A stretch of 64,000 nucleotides of DNA from an uncultured Planctomycetaceae bacterium (GCA_963785305.1 CAWAUV010000007.1:1216001-1280000); one strand, 5' to 3'. Positions 22,842 to 35,739 are shown, counted from the stretch's first letter. Numbers and translations are program-made. Notes: a model not told the origin generated them from the letters alone.

Positions 22842-25540
22842 ATGACCACGTCTTCCTCGCTGCGGCCGGGCCTGTTGGCCGCTCGACAACGCTTGGCCGA
22901 AGGCCGATCGCAAATCCGCCTGCAACACGACTCGGGCTCCCCCGGCGTGCAAGTCTGCGCCCGATTGACGGAACTGGTCGACGGCATCGTGCTCGAAATC
23001 TTCGAGGCCGCCATGGCCTCGCTGATCCAAGAAGGACTGGCGCCCGCGGCCGGCGACGTGGCGATCGTGGCCCATGGAGGCTACGGGCGCCGCGACCTCG
23101 CGCCGGGCTCCGACGTGGACCTGATGATCGTGCATCAATGCGCGAGCGAGGCCGAAATCGCGCCCCTGGCCAAACGCATGATCGGCGATCTGTTCGACGC
23201 CGGGCTCGAACCTTCGCAGAGTGTGCGCACCGTGAACGAGGCCTGCGAACTGGCGCTGCGCGACCCGACGATCGCCACCTCGTTGATCGAGTCGCGCTGT
23301 CTGGCTGGCGGCGACCGGTTGTATCAACATTATCAGCAGCGGTTCCAGCGGCAGATTCGCACCCATGCCGGCGCCCTGCTCGCCTCGATCGACAAAAGCC
23401 GCCGCGCCGAGCGCTCGCAATACGGCGAATCGCTTTATTTGCTCGAGCCCAACATCAAGCGCTCGCGCGGCGGACTGCGCGATATTCAACTGCTTCGCTG
23501 GGTCGGCTATGTGCGCTACGGCATGGCCGAGCCCGACGACTTGCACATGTTCGGCGTGCTGCCGAAAAGCGAACATCGCGTCGTGCAGCGGGCGCGCGAG
23601 TTTTTGCTCCGGCTGCGCAACGAGCTCCATTTCTCCACCGGCAAGGCCACCGACGCGCTCGACCGCGACGAGCAACTCCGCATCGCCGAGCTCTACGGCT
23701 ACTCGGGCGCCGGCGCGATATTGCCGGTCGAGCAGTTCATGCAGGATTACTTCAAACACACGAAGGCGGTGCGCGCGCTCGTGGCCGAATTCGTCGAAAG
23801 CGCTCGGCCGCGGGCCGCCTGGAGCCGATTCTTCGGCCGGCTGGTGAGTTTTCGAGTCGATGGCGTGTATCGCGTGGGGCCGAGCAGCATCGCGGCGACG
23901 CCCGCCGGGCTGGCGCGATTGCAAACCGATTTGAGCGAGGTGCTGCGGCTCGCGAGCTTGGCCAGCATGCACGACAAACGCATCGACCAAGCGACCTGGG
24001 AAGCGGTGCGCTCGAGCGCCGCCTCGCTTCCCGACGAAGCGAACTTGCAAACCGCCGAACGTTTTTTGGCCCTGCTCTCGCAGCCCACGCGGCTGGGCCC
24101 CCTGCTCCACCGATTGCATGAACTGGGTGTGCTCGAAAAGATCATTCCGCAGTTCGCCCATGCCCGCTGTCTCTTGCAGTTCAATCAATATCACAAGTAC
24201 ACGGTCGACGAGCACTGCCTGCTGGCGGTCGAACACGCCACGAAGTTCATCGGCGATCCCGGCATGTTGGGCGCGTGTATCGCGGCATCAAGCAAAAGCG
24301 AACATTGCACTTGGCCCTCTTGATTCACGACCTGGGCAAGGGGTTCGTCGAGGACCATAGCGAAGTCGGCCGCCGCATCGCCGAGGATGTCGGCCGCCGG
24401 CTCCGCTTGCCGCTGCGCGAACTCGAACTGCTCAAGTTTCTCGTCCACAAGCATCTGATGATGGGCCACCTCGCCTTTCGCCGCGACACGGGCGACGATC
24501 AACTCCTGGTGCGGTTCGCCGTCGAGGTCGGGTCGCCCGAGGCGCTCGATATGCTCTTCGTGCTCACGGCGGCCGACTTCGACGCGGTCGGACCGGGCGT
24601 GTGGAACGATTGGAAAGCCGATGTGCTGACGGACCTCTATCGCCGCGTGCGGCGGCGCCTCGTGGCCGACGCGCCACTGAGCGACACCGCCGAGCGGCTG
24701 CACCAGAAACGCGAAGCGCTCCGCGAACTCCTGGCCTCCGAGCCCGATAGCGCTTGGTATGAGCGGCACATCATCTCGCTGCCCGCGGCCTATCTGACCA
24801 GCTCGTCCACCGAAAAAATCGCCGAGGAGCTCAAGACCTTGCATGGGCTCAATCCCGGCGATGTGCGCGCGCGTTCGGCTCCTGGCTCACGCAGAGCCGG
24901 GCGATGGAATTCGTCGTCACGACGCAGGCCGGCCCCGAGGCGCAGGAAATCCAGGCCCACGGCCAAGCCATGGAGTTCGTCGTGGGCACGCACGAGGAAA
25001 TCATGCCCGGCGTGTTCCATCGCCTGACCGGCGCGCTATCGAGCCAAGGATTGGAAATCCTTTCAGCCACCATCAACACGCTGGCCGATGGTCTGGTGCT
25101 CGATCGGTTCTACGTGCATGATCCCGATTTCGCGGGCGAGCCATCGGCCGAACGCATCGCCGCCGTGAAACAAGCCCTGATCGACTCGCTGCGCGGCGCC
25201 CAGCGAGCGACCGGTCTTTCGCAAGCTGTGGCAATCCGGCGGCGCGAAGACGGCGGTCGCGAGTCCGCCGCGGGTGTCGATCGACAACAGCAGTTCCGAT
25301 GTGTTTACGATTCTCGATATCATGGCCACCGATCGGTTGGGCTTGCTCTACACCATCGCCCGCGCGTTGTTCGAACTGGGTCTGAGCGTGTCGCGAGCCA
25401 AGATCGGCACCTATGCCGATCAGGTGGTCGACGTGTTTTACGTGACCGACAAGGCCGGCGAAAAAATTCAAGACGAGCAGCGGCTCGAAGAGATCACGGC
25501 CAAACTCCTGGAGTCGATCGCCGCGCTCGACAAGAGCTAG
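22842..25540 (+). CDS. glnD: [Protein-PII] uridylyltransferase (frameshifts ~24275, ~24890, ~25200)
   Basis: GGYGRRDLAPGSDVD, LEPNIKRSRGGLRD, YHKYTVDEH, HDLGKG, and two ACT domains (DRLGLLY, VDVFYV). Confidence 0.94.
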
Positions 25541-25784
25541 CGCTTTGGCATCGTTGAAATGACGGGTTCGATTCGTTTCGCGGCGCCATGCCCACGGCCC
25601 CGGGCGGGCATGAGAATCTCGCGTTGCGCTTGAAAACATCCCTCGAGGGTCGCGGGCATGTCGCCTCGCGCAAACCGGGTTATTCGTCATGTCCGCCCTG
25701 AGAGAGCACGAGCGCGGCGGCGATTTCTCGCGCCGGCGCGTGAGCGAGGGCCACCGAATATTCGGCTATGCTTCGCCACCGCGA

Positions 25785-27233
25785 TTACTTTAGCGTCAGC
25801 ATCGCCTGGCGCCACTTCGGCTCGAACTCCGCGAGCGGCATGCCGACCAGTCGCTCGAATCGCTTGGCCGGGGGGAGATCGACGCCGGGTTGAATATATT
25901 CCTCGAATGCCGGGGTCGCGAGCAGCGAACGCTCGAATGTGAGATAGTACGCCAGCCCCCACGAATAGCAGTACAGCCGCGAGGCCGTCGACGCATTGCC
26001 GCGATGGGTCTTGAGAAACGTGCTCGCGTCAGCCGCCAGCAATTCATCCAGCCGCAGCGGCGCCGGGCCACGCAAATCCTTTTGCAGCGCGGCCAGCGCC
26101 GGGCGATTCGGCCAGTCGACTCGCAACGTGTCGAGCTCGAGCAGTCCGCTTTCGAACACTTGCGCGAGCCCCTCGTTCAGCCAGCGGGGCACATCGAACT
26201 CCTGGCGCGGGTAGACATAGTTTTCCAGATAGGCGTGAAACGCCTCGTGAAACAAGCGGGTGAACATCGCCCCCGACACCTCGCGAAACCGAGCCGCGTT
26301 CTTGCGATCCACCACTTGAATTCGATGCTGGATCGCGCGGCGCTCGTCGTCCGACTTCTTCTGCTCGGCCAGCACGATCTTTTGCCGCTCCTCGGCCGGG
26401 AAATTCGCCTTATCGAGCGCGGCCGCGAGAATCCGGAGCTGACGCGGCAAATCCTTGGCCCGGAGATCGTATTCGTCGAGCACGGCTTGATGCTGCTTGC
26501 GAACCTTGGCAAGTTCGTCGACAAAGCGATTCATTTCGCTGCCGGCGACCAACAAATTGAAATCAGCGGCGAAAAAGGCGGGGTTCTCGATATCGAGCCC
26601 GTAGCCACGCAAGAATTCGCGATAGGCTTCGGTCGACCCGAAGAGTTGAATTCGCAGCCGGCGCTGCGGCATTTGTCGCGGCGGAACTATCTGCCGAAAC
26701 GCCATGAAGATCTGTTCGATCGCGACCACGCTTCGCCGGGTCGTTTGTTCGTCGGCCGTGCTATCGAGCAGAAACCAATCGCCTTCGTATTGCCAAGTCA
26801 CGGCGCTATCGCGCCGCACGGCCCGCAGGGCAATATCCTGATAGCGCCGGGCTTCGATTCGCGCGCGATTCTTGAAATGGTCGATGAGTTCGCGGAGCTC
26901 GGCCCGCTGCTCGGCGGGCAAACGCCGCCAATCGACGATCGAGCGGCGATCGATGAAATGAACGACCAGAAACATCGGACTGCCCTTGGGCCGATGCACT
27001 TCGATCAGTTCGATGCTCGCCGCCGCCTCGCGATCGACGAGCCCCTCGTAGCTCTTGCCATCGAGCAGCCGCACGCGCTCGAGCGGCCAATTGGCGACCG
27101 TGGCGGAAGCGGCTTCTTGAGCGGCGGCCGGGCGAGACTTCACGTTGGCGGCGGCAACGACCATCGCGCCGCAGAGGGCGATCGCGGCGCGGAGGACCCG
27201 CGGTAAACTCGCTCGCGAAGAGAGGCGCCCCAT
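25785..27233 (-). CDS. DUF1570-domain secreted protein (HExxH peptidase-like)
   Basis: Signal peptide, HEAFH, PRWLNEGLAQVFE, Y.YSWGL. Confidence 0.8.
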   Translation of the reverse strand: MGRLSSRASLPRVLRAAIALCGAMVVAAANVKSRPAAAQEAASATVANWPLERVRLLDGKSYEGLVDREAAASIELIEVHRPKGSPMFLVVHFIDRRSIVDWRRLPAEQRAELRELIDHFKNRARIEARRYQDIALRAVRRDSAVTWQYEGDWFLLDSTADEQTTRRSVVAIEQIFMAFRQIVPPRQMPQRRLRIQLFGSTEAYREFLRGYGLDIENPAFFAADFNLLVAGSEMNRFVDELAKVRKQHQAVLDEYDLRAKDLPRQLRILAAALDKANFPAEERQKIVLAEQKKSDDERRAIQHRIQVVDRKNAARFREVSGAMFTRLFHEAFHAYLENYVYPRQEFDVPRWLNEGLAQVFESGLLELDTLRVDWPNRPALAALQKDLRGPAPLRLDELLAADASTFLKTHRGNASTASRLYCYSWGLAYYLTFERSLLATPAFEEYIQPGVDLPPAKRFERLVGMPLAEFEPKWRQAMLTLK

Positions 27234-27380
27234 GATCGAGTCCCAGACGGCGGAATCTTCCGGCGGCGCGAACCGCGGCGACCGCTGCCGCGCTGAAGCT
27301 TCGCCGCGCTGGCCCCCTACTCGTTACCATCTTCGAGCCGAAGCCGGCTGTCAAGCAGCCGACTGTCGCGTCGCCAGCGG

Positions 27381-27500
27381 GCAATCCGGAACCCTCTCCC
27401 CTTGGGAAACGGGAGGGCGAGGGCCGAACAATGCGGCCCCTCTCCCCTTGGGAGAGGTTAGGGCGGGGGCGGCGGGGGCTCGCCGAAGTTCTCGGATCGG
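27381..27500. repeat. CCCTCTCCC...GGGAGAGG palindromic repeat family, degenerate double copy
   Basis: Two CCCTCTCCCCTTGGGA cores and a GCTCGCCGAAGTTCTCGGAT tail shared with 56081-56170. Confidence 0.7.
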
Positions 27501-27504
27501 CCGC

Positions 27505-27946
27505 TCAGCTCTCTTGTTCACCAAGCCGGTGACCGTAGAGCACGCCCTTGATGCGGGCCACGAAGCGGCAGCCCATGAGGCTCATCGTTTGGCCGTCGAC
27601 ATCGATCGATTCCTCATGCACGATCTGCGCCGAAACGAAGATATAGGGCGCGCTGCCCAGGGCCACGATCAGAAAATCGCATTCGGGCGGCGCCGGCTCG
27701 AGAAAATGAAAATCCGCTGGGCGAAAGATCGTGGCAGAGCACCCGGCGAAAATCCGTCTGCTTCGGAAGCACTCCGCCCACATAGGGCGCGATGAACTGC
27801 TGGCACAGGAATTCGTGGCGACGGTGCTCGCGCGCTTGTCCCGCGTCGTGCGCCGGCCGCCGGCTTTCGAGCACATGATGCACGAGCGCGAAAAAGTTGG
27901 CGTCGGACGTTTCCTGGAATTGAACCATGGTGTATTGCATCCCCAA
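27505..27946 (-). CDS. PilZ-like domain protein (frameshift ~27700)
   Basis: REHRR (RxxxR) followed by DLSPSG (DxSxxG) and a terminal GCRF strand. Confidence 0.65.
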
Positions 27947-28151
27947 ATGTGCCGGGAAGACGGGCGCATGAGACGGCCCAGGTAAGGCATAGGTTAGGAA
28001 CGGCGGCCGGTCAAAAAACGTGCCCGCGCCGGCGTCGCGTCCGACGGCGATCGCGGCGGCTCGGTCGAAAAAGCGTCGAACGCCCCCGGTCGAGGTCCGT
28101 ATATCCCGGTTTTACGGCCTGGGCCGGTATTGGGCTTCCTCGATCACGCGA

Positions 28152-29613
28152 TCAGCGGTTGAACTGGAAGCCGAAGTTGAGGCCATTGACGATCAGGTTT
28201 TCACGGCGGTCGGTGTTGACGATTCCCATGCCCGGCAGATTGTAGTAGACCGTGTCGCTGGCGCGGTTGATGCCGTTGACGAAGATGGCGGTATAACCAA
28301 TCTGGAGCGCGAAGGCCTTCGTGATTTGATAACTGGCGCCGAATCGGAGGTCGACCAGTGGAGCGAACTTCGTGGCGAAGGCGGCATGGTTCGAGCCGTA
28401 CGAGTTGAGCGACGCCGGGGCATTGCGAATTTCCTCCGCCGACAAGCCGGTCGGGAAATATTGCAGACCGGTGGCCGGATTGATCAGGATCGGCACCGTG
28501 CTGGCCGTGCTTTGGGCGTTCAACAGGGCCTGTTCGGTCGAGTAGTTGCTGGCGATCACCGAGTTCTGGGAAAAATTCTCGAAGTTGGCGGCGGCCATGA
28601 ACCGGCCTTCGGCGTTGACCTTCCAACGACCTCGCTGATGCGCCCAGCGGATGCCCACCTGCGGGCCGACCAAGTTGTTCATCACTCGATTATGAATCAT
28701 GGTCGCGTCGAGCACGCCGCCTTCGCCGTTGAGCTGGAAGGTGTCGTCCATCTGGAACCAACGGGCGCCGTAGAGCATTTCGAGCGTCGAATTGTTTCGC
28801 AATTGCGGGGTACGGTAGAGCCGCATGATTTCCGTGCCGTTGAGCACGGTGCGATTGTAAACGGCCAACTTGGTAAAGCGGGGAATGAACGTGATGGCGT
28901 CGCCGTAGTCGGTCGCGTGCGGCAGGAGCGGCACTCCCAGGAAGCCGGCGGGGTTGCGCCGTGGCCGTGGGATCGTAGCCATCGCGACCATAAACGTTGT
29001 TGCCATTGAGGTTGGCGTCGTAGCCGTTCGAGCCCAGCAAGAAGCCGTCGAGGCTCTTGTTCGGGTCGTTGAAGAGCACCACCGGGTTCTGATAGGCGAA
29101 GTTCTGGGTTTGGGCGACGTGATCGATCACCCCCACCAACCAGCCGGTGCGGTTGGTGTCCATGTAGCCGGTTTCCCACACGTTGCCCCACGAGCCCTTG
29201 GCCGTGAACGGTCCGGTGTCGAGCGTATTGTACTCCACCGCCGAGTAGCCGACGTTTTCTTGAAAGGTCAATCCGTTCTGGCCCGGATCACCGATCTGGG
29301 CCCGTTCGGGCTTGGAGATCGACCAATAGGCGCGGGAATAAGAGAAGAAGAAGCCGGTGGCCGGTTTCGGGCCGGTGCCGAAATCGCTGATGTTGGCCGG
29401 CGCGAACAATTGCCACTTCTGATAGAACCCCGTCGGGTTGAATGGCAGAAACGACGGGCTGCTCTGCGGATACGCGTTTGAATATTGAGCGTTGCCGTAG
29501 GCGTAATTGTCATCGTAGTTCTGCGGCGTCTGTTGGGCGTCGGCCTGCCGCGACAGCACGGCCAGAGCGACTCCCAAAGCAATCAGCGATGACATTATGC
29601 GGTTGATCGACAT
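28152..29613 (-). CDS. BBP7-like outer-membrane beta-barrel (frameshift ~28950)
   Basis: Signal peptide, NNLVGPQVG, IGYTAIFVNGI.RA, and terminal GLNFGFQFNR beta-signal. Confidence 0.75.
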
Positions 29614-30276
29614 GTTCGCACTACCCTAGCTGGCTCTGCAAACTCTGCGCATCTCTCCACCGCGGAGAGCGCGAGCAATCGTTGTGGACGGATTTATCGG
29701 CAGTGCTGGTCGTGACAATTAAGCAAGAACGGTAAACTCTGACGAAAATGCCGGTTATTTCGACGAGTCGCGAAAGACCGGGTAACTTGGAACGAATAGG
29801 GGCACGCTAAGTCGCCCCCAATTAACACGGCAATCGCGATTCGCCGTGCCGAAGTCGCTAATGCGGGTTCCCCCACGAACGCGGTTCACTCGAATCATGA
29901 ACTGCCCGAAATCGTCGATCTCGTTGCTAGCATTTAGAAAGCGCGCTGAGCCGAAACGGCGAGCACGCCGCCAAAATGATCGCCATCCGTCAGGGTTGCT
30001 CGCCGCAGTCACGGCTCGATTTGCTCCGCCTTTTCGGTGCGCGAACACAGCTTCCCGCGAACGATTGCTTTACAGGCGAGCCGGGGTTTTTCATACTAGC
30101 GGCCTATCGAGGGAAGCAACCGCCGGTGTCGACGCACGAATCAGAGCATGATGTTTCTCAACCGACTGTCGCGCCTAGGCGATCCCTTTTCGCGCCGCGT
30201 GCGCCCAGCGTCGTCCGCCGGAGCGCGATCGGTCGCGCCTGTAGTTTCCCCACACTCGCCAAAGGTCGCTCGTTCC

Positions 30277-31101
30277 ATGACCCGACTGAGCATCAACCAA
30301 ATGACGACCTACCGCTGGTCGTTCGAAGAAGATGTCTGCCAGTATCGCGCCGCGGGTATCGGCGCGGTCGGAGTCTGGCGACAGAAATTGGCGGATTTCG
30401 GTGAAGATCGCGGGGGCGAATTATTGGCCGAGAGCGGGCTCGCGGTGTCGAATCTCCTCTGGGCCGGCGGCTTCACCGGCAGCGATGGCCGCTCCTTTCG
30501 CGAAAGCGTGAGCGATGCCCTCGAGTGCGTGCGGCTCGCGGCGGCGATTCGCGCCCAGACACTGGTGGTGTATACCGGCGGCCGCAACGGCCACACCCAA
30601 AACCATGCCCGGCGGCTCTTCCTGGCGGCGATCCAAGAAATGCTGCCGCTGGCCCGCGAGCTCGATGTGGTGCTAGCGGTCGAGCCGATGCACGGTTACT
30701 GCGCCGGCGATTGGACCTTTCTCACCTCGCTCGCCGAGGCCGACGCGCTGCTGGCATCGGTCGACGATCGCTATCTGAAACTCGCGCTCGACAGCTACCA
30801 CTTTGGCCACGATCCGGGTCTGTTGGGTTTCATTCAGGACGCGGCCCCCCGGATCGGCATCGTTCACTTGGGCGATAGCAGCACGCCCCCCGACCGCGAG
30901 CACAATCGCCAACCGCTGGGCGCCGGCGCGATTCCGCTTCGCCAAATCATCGACGCGCTCGAAAACGCGGGCTATCGTGGCTACTATGACGTGGAGCTCA
31001 TGGGCGAGGAGATCGAGGCAGCCGATTACCGCGATCTGCTCGCCAGCTCGAAACAAACATTCGAGGAATTCCTCCCCGCGCCGACTGGCGCCCAGAATTG
31101 A
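30277..31101 (+). CDS. Sugar phosphate isomerase/epimerase (xylose isomerase-like TIM barrel)
   Basis: LAVEPMH, LDSYH, VHLGD, GYYDVE metal-binding motifs. Confidence 0.88.
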   Translation: MTRLSINQMTTYRWSFEEDVCQYRAAGIGAVGVWRQKLADFGEDRGGELLAESGLAVSNLLWAGGFTGSDGRSFRESVSDALECVRLAAAIRAQTLVVYTGGRNGHTQNHARRLFLAAIQEMLPLARELDVVLAVEPMHGYCAGDWTFLTSLAEADALLASVDDRYLKLALDSYHFGHDPGLLGFIQDAAPRIGIVHLGDSSTPPDREHNRQPLGAGAIPLRQIIDALENAGYRGYYDVELMGEEIEAADYRDLLASSKQTFEEFLPAPTGAQN

Positions 31102-31150
31102 CCCGCCCCCCCTGCCCTCTCGCGGCCTTTTTCCATATGGGAGTCGCACA

Positions 31151-32068
31151 ATGCGCTGTCACGGCCCGCTGATGTTTTCCGCGTTGTTGCTCACCGCGAA
31201 TCTTGCCGCGCTGAGCGTCTCATGCCCGGCCCGAGCGGCCGAGCCGCCGGCCCCGATTCTGCTTTGGCCTGGGCAAGCTCCCGGCGAGAAAGGCGATATC
31301 GGTCCTGAACACGAACAGCAGAAAGCCGGCGACACGATCGTGCGCGTGGCCAATGTGTCGGTTCCCAGCATCACGGTCTATCCGCCCGCGGAAGCGAAAA
31401 ACACCGGCGCCGCCGTGGTGATCTTTCCGGGCGGCGGCTATTCGATTCTCGCGATCAAGCACGAGGGCACGGAGGTCGCCGAGTGGCTCAACACGCTCGG
31501 CGTGACCGGCATCGTGGTCAAGTATCGAGTCCCCGCGCGCAAGGGCCTCCCTCCCTATACGGCGGCCTTGCAAGACGCCCAGCGGGCCGTGTCGCTCGTG
31601 CGCCAGCGCGCGAGCGAATGGAATATCAAGCCCGACCGGATCGGAGTGCTCGGCTTTTCGGCGGGTGGTCACTTGGCCGCGGCGGTGAGCAATAACTATG
31701 AGAAACGAACCTATGAGCCGATCGACGAAACCGATCGCGTGGCTTGCCGGCCCGACTTCGCCGCGCTGATCTACCCGGCTTACCTGGTTCAAAACAAAGT
31801 CGGTCCGGCGCTCTCGCCAGAATTGCCAATCACCTCGAACACGCCGCCGACATTTCTGACGATGACCGAAGACGACGGCATTGGCGTCGAAGGACCGCTG
31901 TTTTATTACCTGGCGCTCAAAAACGCCAAGGTTCCGGCCGAGATGCATCTCCATGCCAAGGGCGGCCACGGCTACGGCCTGCGACCCTCGAACAACTTGG
32001 TCTCGAATTGGCCGGCCCGGGCAGGCGATTGGATGCGATCGCTCGGAGTGCTCGAACCGGGCAAATAA
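31151..32068 (+). CDS. Secreted alpha/beta hydrolase (esterase)
   Basis: PGGGY, GFSAGG nucleophile elbow, GGHGYG. Confidence 0.88.
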   Translation: MRCHGPLMFSALLLTANLAALSVSCPARAAEPPAPILLWPGQAPGEKGDIGPEHEQQKAGDTIVRVANVSVPSITVYPPAEAKNTGAAVVIFPGGGYSILAIKHEGTEVAEWLNTLGVTGIVVKYRVPARKGLPPYTAALQDAQRAVSLVRQRASEWNIKPDRIGVLGFSAGGHLAAAVSNNYEKRTYEPIDETDRVACRPDFAALIYPAYLVQNKVGPALSPELPITSNTPPTFLTMTEDDGIGVEGPLFYYLALKNAKVPAEMHLHAKGGHGYGLRPSNNLVSNWPARAGDWMRSLGVLEPGK

Positions 32069-32121
32069 CGCGCCAGCACGCGGGCGAACAGGCGCATGTA
32101 AGTAGGCGGGCGCGCGGGCGA

Positions 32122-33812
32122 TCACTTATTCGCGCCCGACGGCTCGCTATTGGCGAGCGCTCGGCAATGTTCGGTCTCGCGGGCCCACTGGGCGGCGAGT
32201 TCCCGCACCTTGTCGGGCTCTTCGGCGGCCAAATTGCGCGACTCGGCCCGATCGGTCGCTAGGTTATAGAGTTCCCAAGGGCTCCCGGCCCCCGCGGCCA
32301 CGATCTTCCAATCGCCCGCGCGAAAAGCCCGATTGCCTTCGTGCATCCACCACAGCGAGTCGTGCGTCATGGCGCCGTCTTTGGCGAATAGCGGCGCAAG
32401 GCTCTTGCCCGGCGCGGGGGCGCCGGTTTGCCACCGAGAATCTCGAACCGCTTGCCGGCGGCCACATCGAGAATCGTGGGCACAATGTCGATCACATGAC
32501 CCGGCGAGTGCCGCAGTTCGCCCCGGGCCGCAATGCCCCGCGGCCAGCGGACAATGAGCGGCGTGGAAATGCCGCCTTCATGCACCCAGGTCTTGTGGCG
32601 GCGAAACGGCGTGTTGGCCATCGTCGACCAGCCGGGCCCAAGGCAAAGGAACGTGGCGGCGGAGCCGGGCTCCGCGGATTGATCGTGGCCATCGCCGCGG
32701 ACCATCAGCTCGGCGCTCGCGCCGTTGTCGGAGAGGAAGAGCACCAGCGTGTTTTCCTCGACGCCCATCTGGGTCAGTTGGTCGAGCACGCGCCCGAGTT
32801 CACGATCCATGCGGTCGATCATCGCGGCATGCACCGCCATCTTGTCGGCCTGCAATCGTTGTTGCTCGCGCGTCAGTTTCGTCCAAACCTCGGGGCGATT
32901 CACTTCGCCGGGTCCAATCTTCGAGAGCACGTCGGCAAAAGCGTAGGGCGGCCCCAAATCGCGCTCGACCGCCGACAGCGCCCCGCCGCCGATGCCCAGC
33001 GATTTCAGCTGCTGCCAGCGGGCGGCGCGGAGCGACTCCCAGCCTTTGTCAAAACGATCGCGATACCGGGCCACGTCGTCGGCCGGCGCTTGCAGGGGAA
33101 AATGCGGCGATGTGAACGCCACGAATTCGAAAAACGGCTCGCCCGCATGCTCGCGGGCATGATCTTGCAAGAAATGGATCGCATGGTCGGCGATCGCGGT
33201 CGCGCTGTAGTAGCTGCTACCTGGCGCCACCGGTGGCAGTGGCGCGTCGTCGAGCGTGTGGCGCCGCGGGTTGAAATGGCGATCATGATCGTCGAGTGAA
33301 TAGGAATGCTCGAAACCGTTTTGCAGCGGCTTGCCATCGATGTGCCATTTGCCCGAGTGATACGAGCGGTAGCCCAAGGGACGCAGCATCGTGGGCAGCA
33401 GCCGCGCCCAGGAAGGCCGCGTGCCCTGAGCGCCGGCCTTTCCGTCGACGCCGGGCATCGCGTCGCGTCGTACCGCCTGGGCATAGTAGCCGGTGAGCAT
33501 CGCGGCCCGCGAGGGCCAACATCGCGCCGTGTTGTAGAATTGCGTGAATCGCAGCCCCCCGCTCGCCAGCGAATCAAGCCGCGGAGTCGCAATCTCGGAG
33601 CCGTAGCACCCGGCGTCGCTGAAGCCCATATCGTCGGCCAAGATCAGGAGCACATTGGGCCGCGAGGCTTTTGCGATTTCACCAGCTCGCGCCGCGGCGC
33701 CAGCGAGGCAGACCGCCAGTGGCGCGATCGCGAGGCAAGCGATCGTGAAGCGCGGAGTGATGCGCACGAGCGCGTGGCGCGGGGCGACGGTCGCGGTGCA
33801 ACGGAAACGCAT
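32122..33812 (-). CDS. Arylsulfatase (frameshift ~32410)
   Basis: PNVLLILADDMG, CWPSRAAMLTG formylglycine motif, GKWH, SDNG, HEGG, WELYNL. Confidence 0.92.
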
Positions 33813-33862
33813 GGGGGCGCCGATCCAGCAGGATGGAACATTCGGAAGGCGAACTAAACATT

Positions 33863-33892
33863 CGGGGGGCGAACTAGCGAGTTCGCCCCCCG
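33863..33892 (-). terminator. Hairpin downstream of trxA (possible terminator)
   Basis: 13-bp perfect stem CGGGGGGCGAACT / AGTTCGCCCCCCG with only a weak U-tract. Confidence 0.55.
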
Positions 33893-33926
33893 GGTCGTTT
33901 GCGAGACTGTCTTTCGACCGAGCGCG

Positions 33927-34253
33927 TCAACTCTTGAGCGAGTCGAGCGCTTCTTGCAGTTTGCCTTTCGGCTGCACTCCGACGAAGCGTTCGACGACTT
34001 CGCCGCCCTTGAAGACCATCAGGGTGGGAATGCTGCTCACGCCATATTGCGCCGCGGCGCCAGGCGAATTGTCGACATTGACCTTGCCGATCTTCACATC
34101 GCCGTTCTCGGCCGCCAACTGCTCGATCACCGGGGCAATCATGCGGCACGGCTGGCACCAGGGGGCCCAGAAGTCGACCAGTACCGGCGTCGACGCGTTC
34201 AATACCTCTTGATCGAAATTCACATCGGTGAATTCAGCGACTTTGCCACCCAT
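33927..34253 (-). CDS. trxA: Thioredoxin
   Basis: VLVDFWAPWCQPC, SIPTL, AAGGAG ribosome-binding site. Confidence 0.95.
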   Translation of the reverse strand: MGGKVAEFTDVNFDQEVLNASTPVLVDFWAPWCQPCRMIAPVIEQLAAENGDVKIGKVNVDNSPGAAAQYGVSSIPTLMVFKGGEVVERFVGVQPKGKLQEALDSLKS

Positions 34254-34645
34254 AACAATCATCTCCTTGACTAAAAGCGTTGGATCATCAATCGAATATC
34301 AATGCGTCAACGGCGGAAGCCGCGAATCGTGACGCGCGAAAGTCGCCGGTCGCGAATTGGCTCGCTACGCTGGCAAAAACAGCGACATGGCGCCCGCGGC
34401 CGGCGTTCGATGCGCCTTCGGGCGTTGCCGCGATGAGTCCCCTACTCGCAAAAGCGTTGAAATTATAGGACCCTCGCCCGCGCTGGGTCAAATCCCCCCC
34501 GAGCCTCGGAGCCCACGCAAAGGGCGGCGATCGCGGAATCGCGAAAACTCGCGACCGCCTGCTACACTACCTTCGGCGTTTCAATCCCTGCCCGTGACAG
34601 GGCGCCGGCCAGCGATCGCTTTTGCAGCCCGCGGAGGATTTGTTG

Positions 34646-35684
34646 ATGAATGCGCCCCGGCCCTATCAAGCCCTGGTGGTCCGCAAGCAAGCCGATGGTC
34701 GGCCCGCGGCCGATATCGAATCGCTCGCCGCCGATCCGTTACCGCCCGGAACGGTCATCCTGCGCGTCGCCTATTCTTCGCTCAACTATAAAGACGCGCT
34801 TTCGCTGAGCGGACACCCAGGCGTGACGACCGATTTTCCGCATGTGCCCGGAATCGACGCCGCCGGCACGGTCGTATCGGTCTCCGGCGACGAACTGGGT
34901 GGCGAACCGGGGCAGGCGGCGCCTTCGGCCGGCGACGCGGTGCTGATTACCGGCTTCGACTTCGGCTCCCGCCGCTGGGGTGGCTATGCCGAATTCACGC
35001 GCGCGCCGGCCGAATGGTTTGTGCCGTTGCCCTTGGGTTTGAGCCCGCGCGAGGCGATGGCGCTCGGCACCGCCGGGTTCACCGCCGCGCAATCGGTGCT
35101 TGCGCTCGAGCAGGCCGGAATCACGCCGGACCGCGGACCGGTGGTGGTCACCGGCGCGACGGGCGGAGTGGGGAGCATCGCGGTGCTGCTGCTGGCCAAG
35201 CTCGGCTACCATGTGGCGGCCGTGACCGGCAAGGCCTCGGAACACGCGTTGCTCGAGCGGCTCGGGGCCAAGGAGATTCTGCCGCGTGAGGCAATGGCCG
35301 ACGAGAGCGACGCCCGCTGCTCAAGGCCCGCTGGGCCGGCGGCATCGATTCCGTGGGCGGACGCGCCTTGGCCACGCTCTTGCGTTCGACCCTCGCCGGT
35401 GGCTGTGTCACGGCTTGCGGTCTCGTGGGCGGCGTGACCCTGCCGCTCACCGTGTATCCGTTTATCCTCCGCGGCGTGCGACTCGTGGGCATCGACTCCG
35501 TGTCGCCAAGGGGCGAAGAGCGGCGCGAAATTTGGCGCCGTTTGGCCGGCCACTGGAAGCTCGACCTCGGGAGCCTCACGCGCGAGATCGCGCTGGCCGA
35601 TGTGCCCGCCGCGGCCGAGGAACTGCTTGCGGGCCGCGGCGTGGGCGCACGGTGGTGCGAGTGGCGAATCCGGCGGGCGATTGA
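34646..35684 (+). CDS. YhdH/AcuI-family quinone oxidoreductase (frameshifts ~35310, ~35645)
   Basis: YSSLNYKD, PGIDAAG, GTAGFTAA, VTGATGGVGS, PFILRGV.L.GIDS. Confidence 0.88.
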
Positions 35685-35739
35685 TGTCGCCGCCCGAGGA
35701 TCGCGCGGCGGTCGAGCCGCGAACGCGGCGCCCGCGGGG

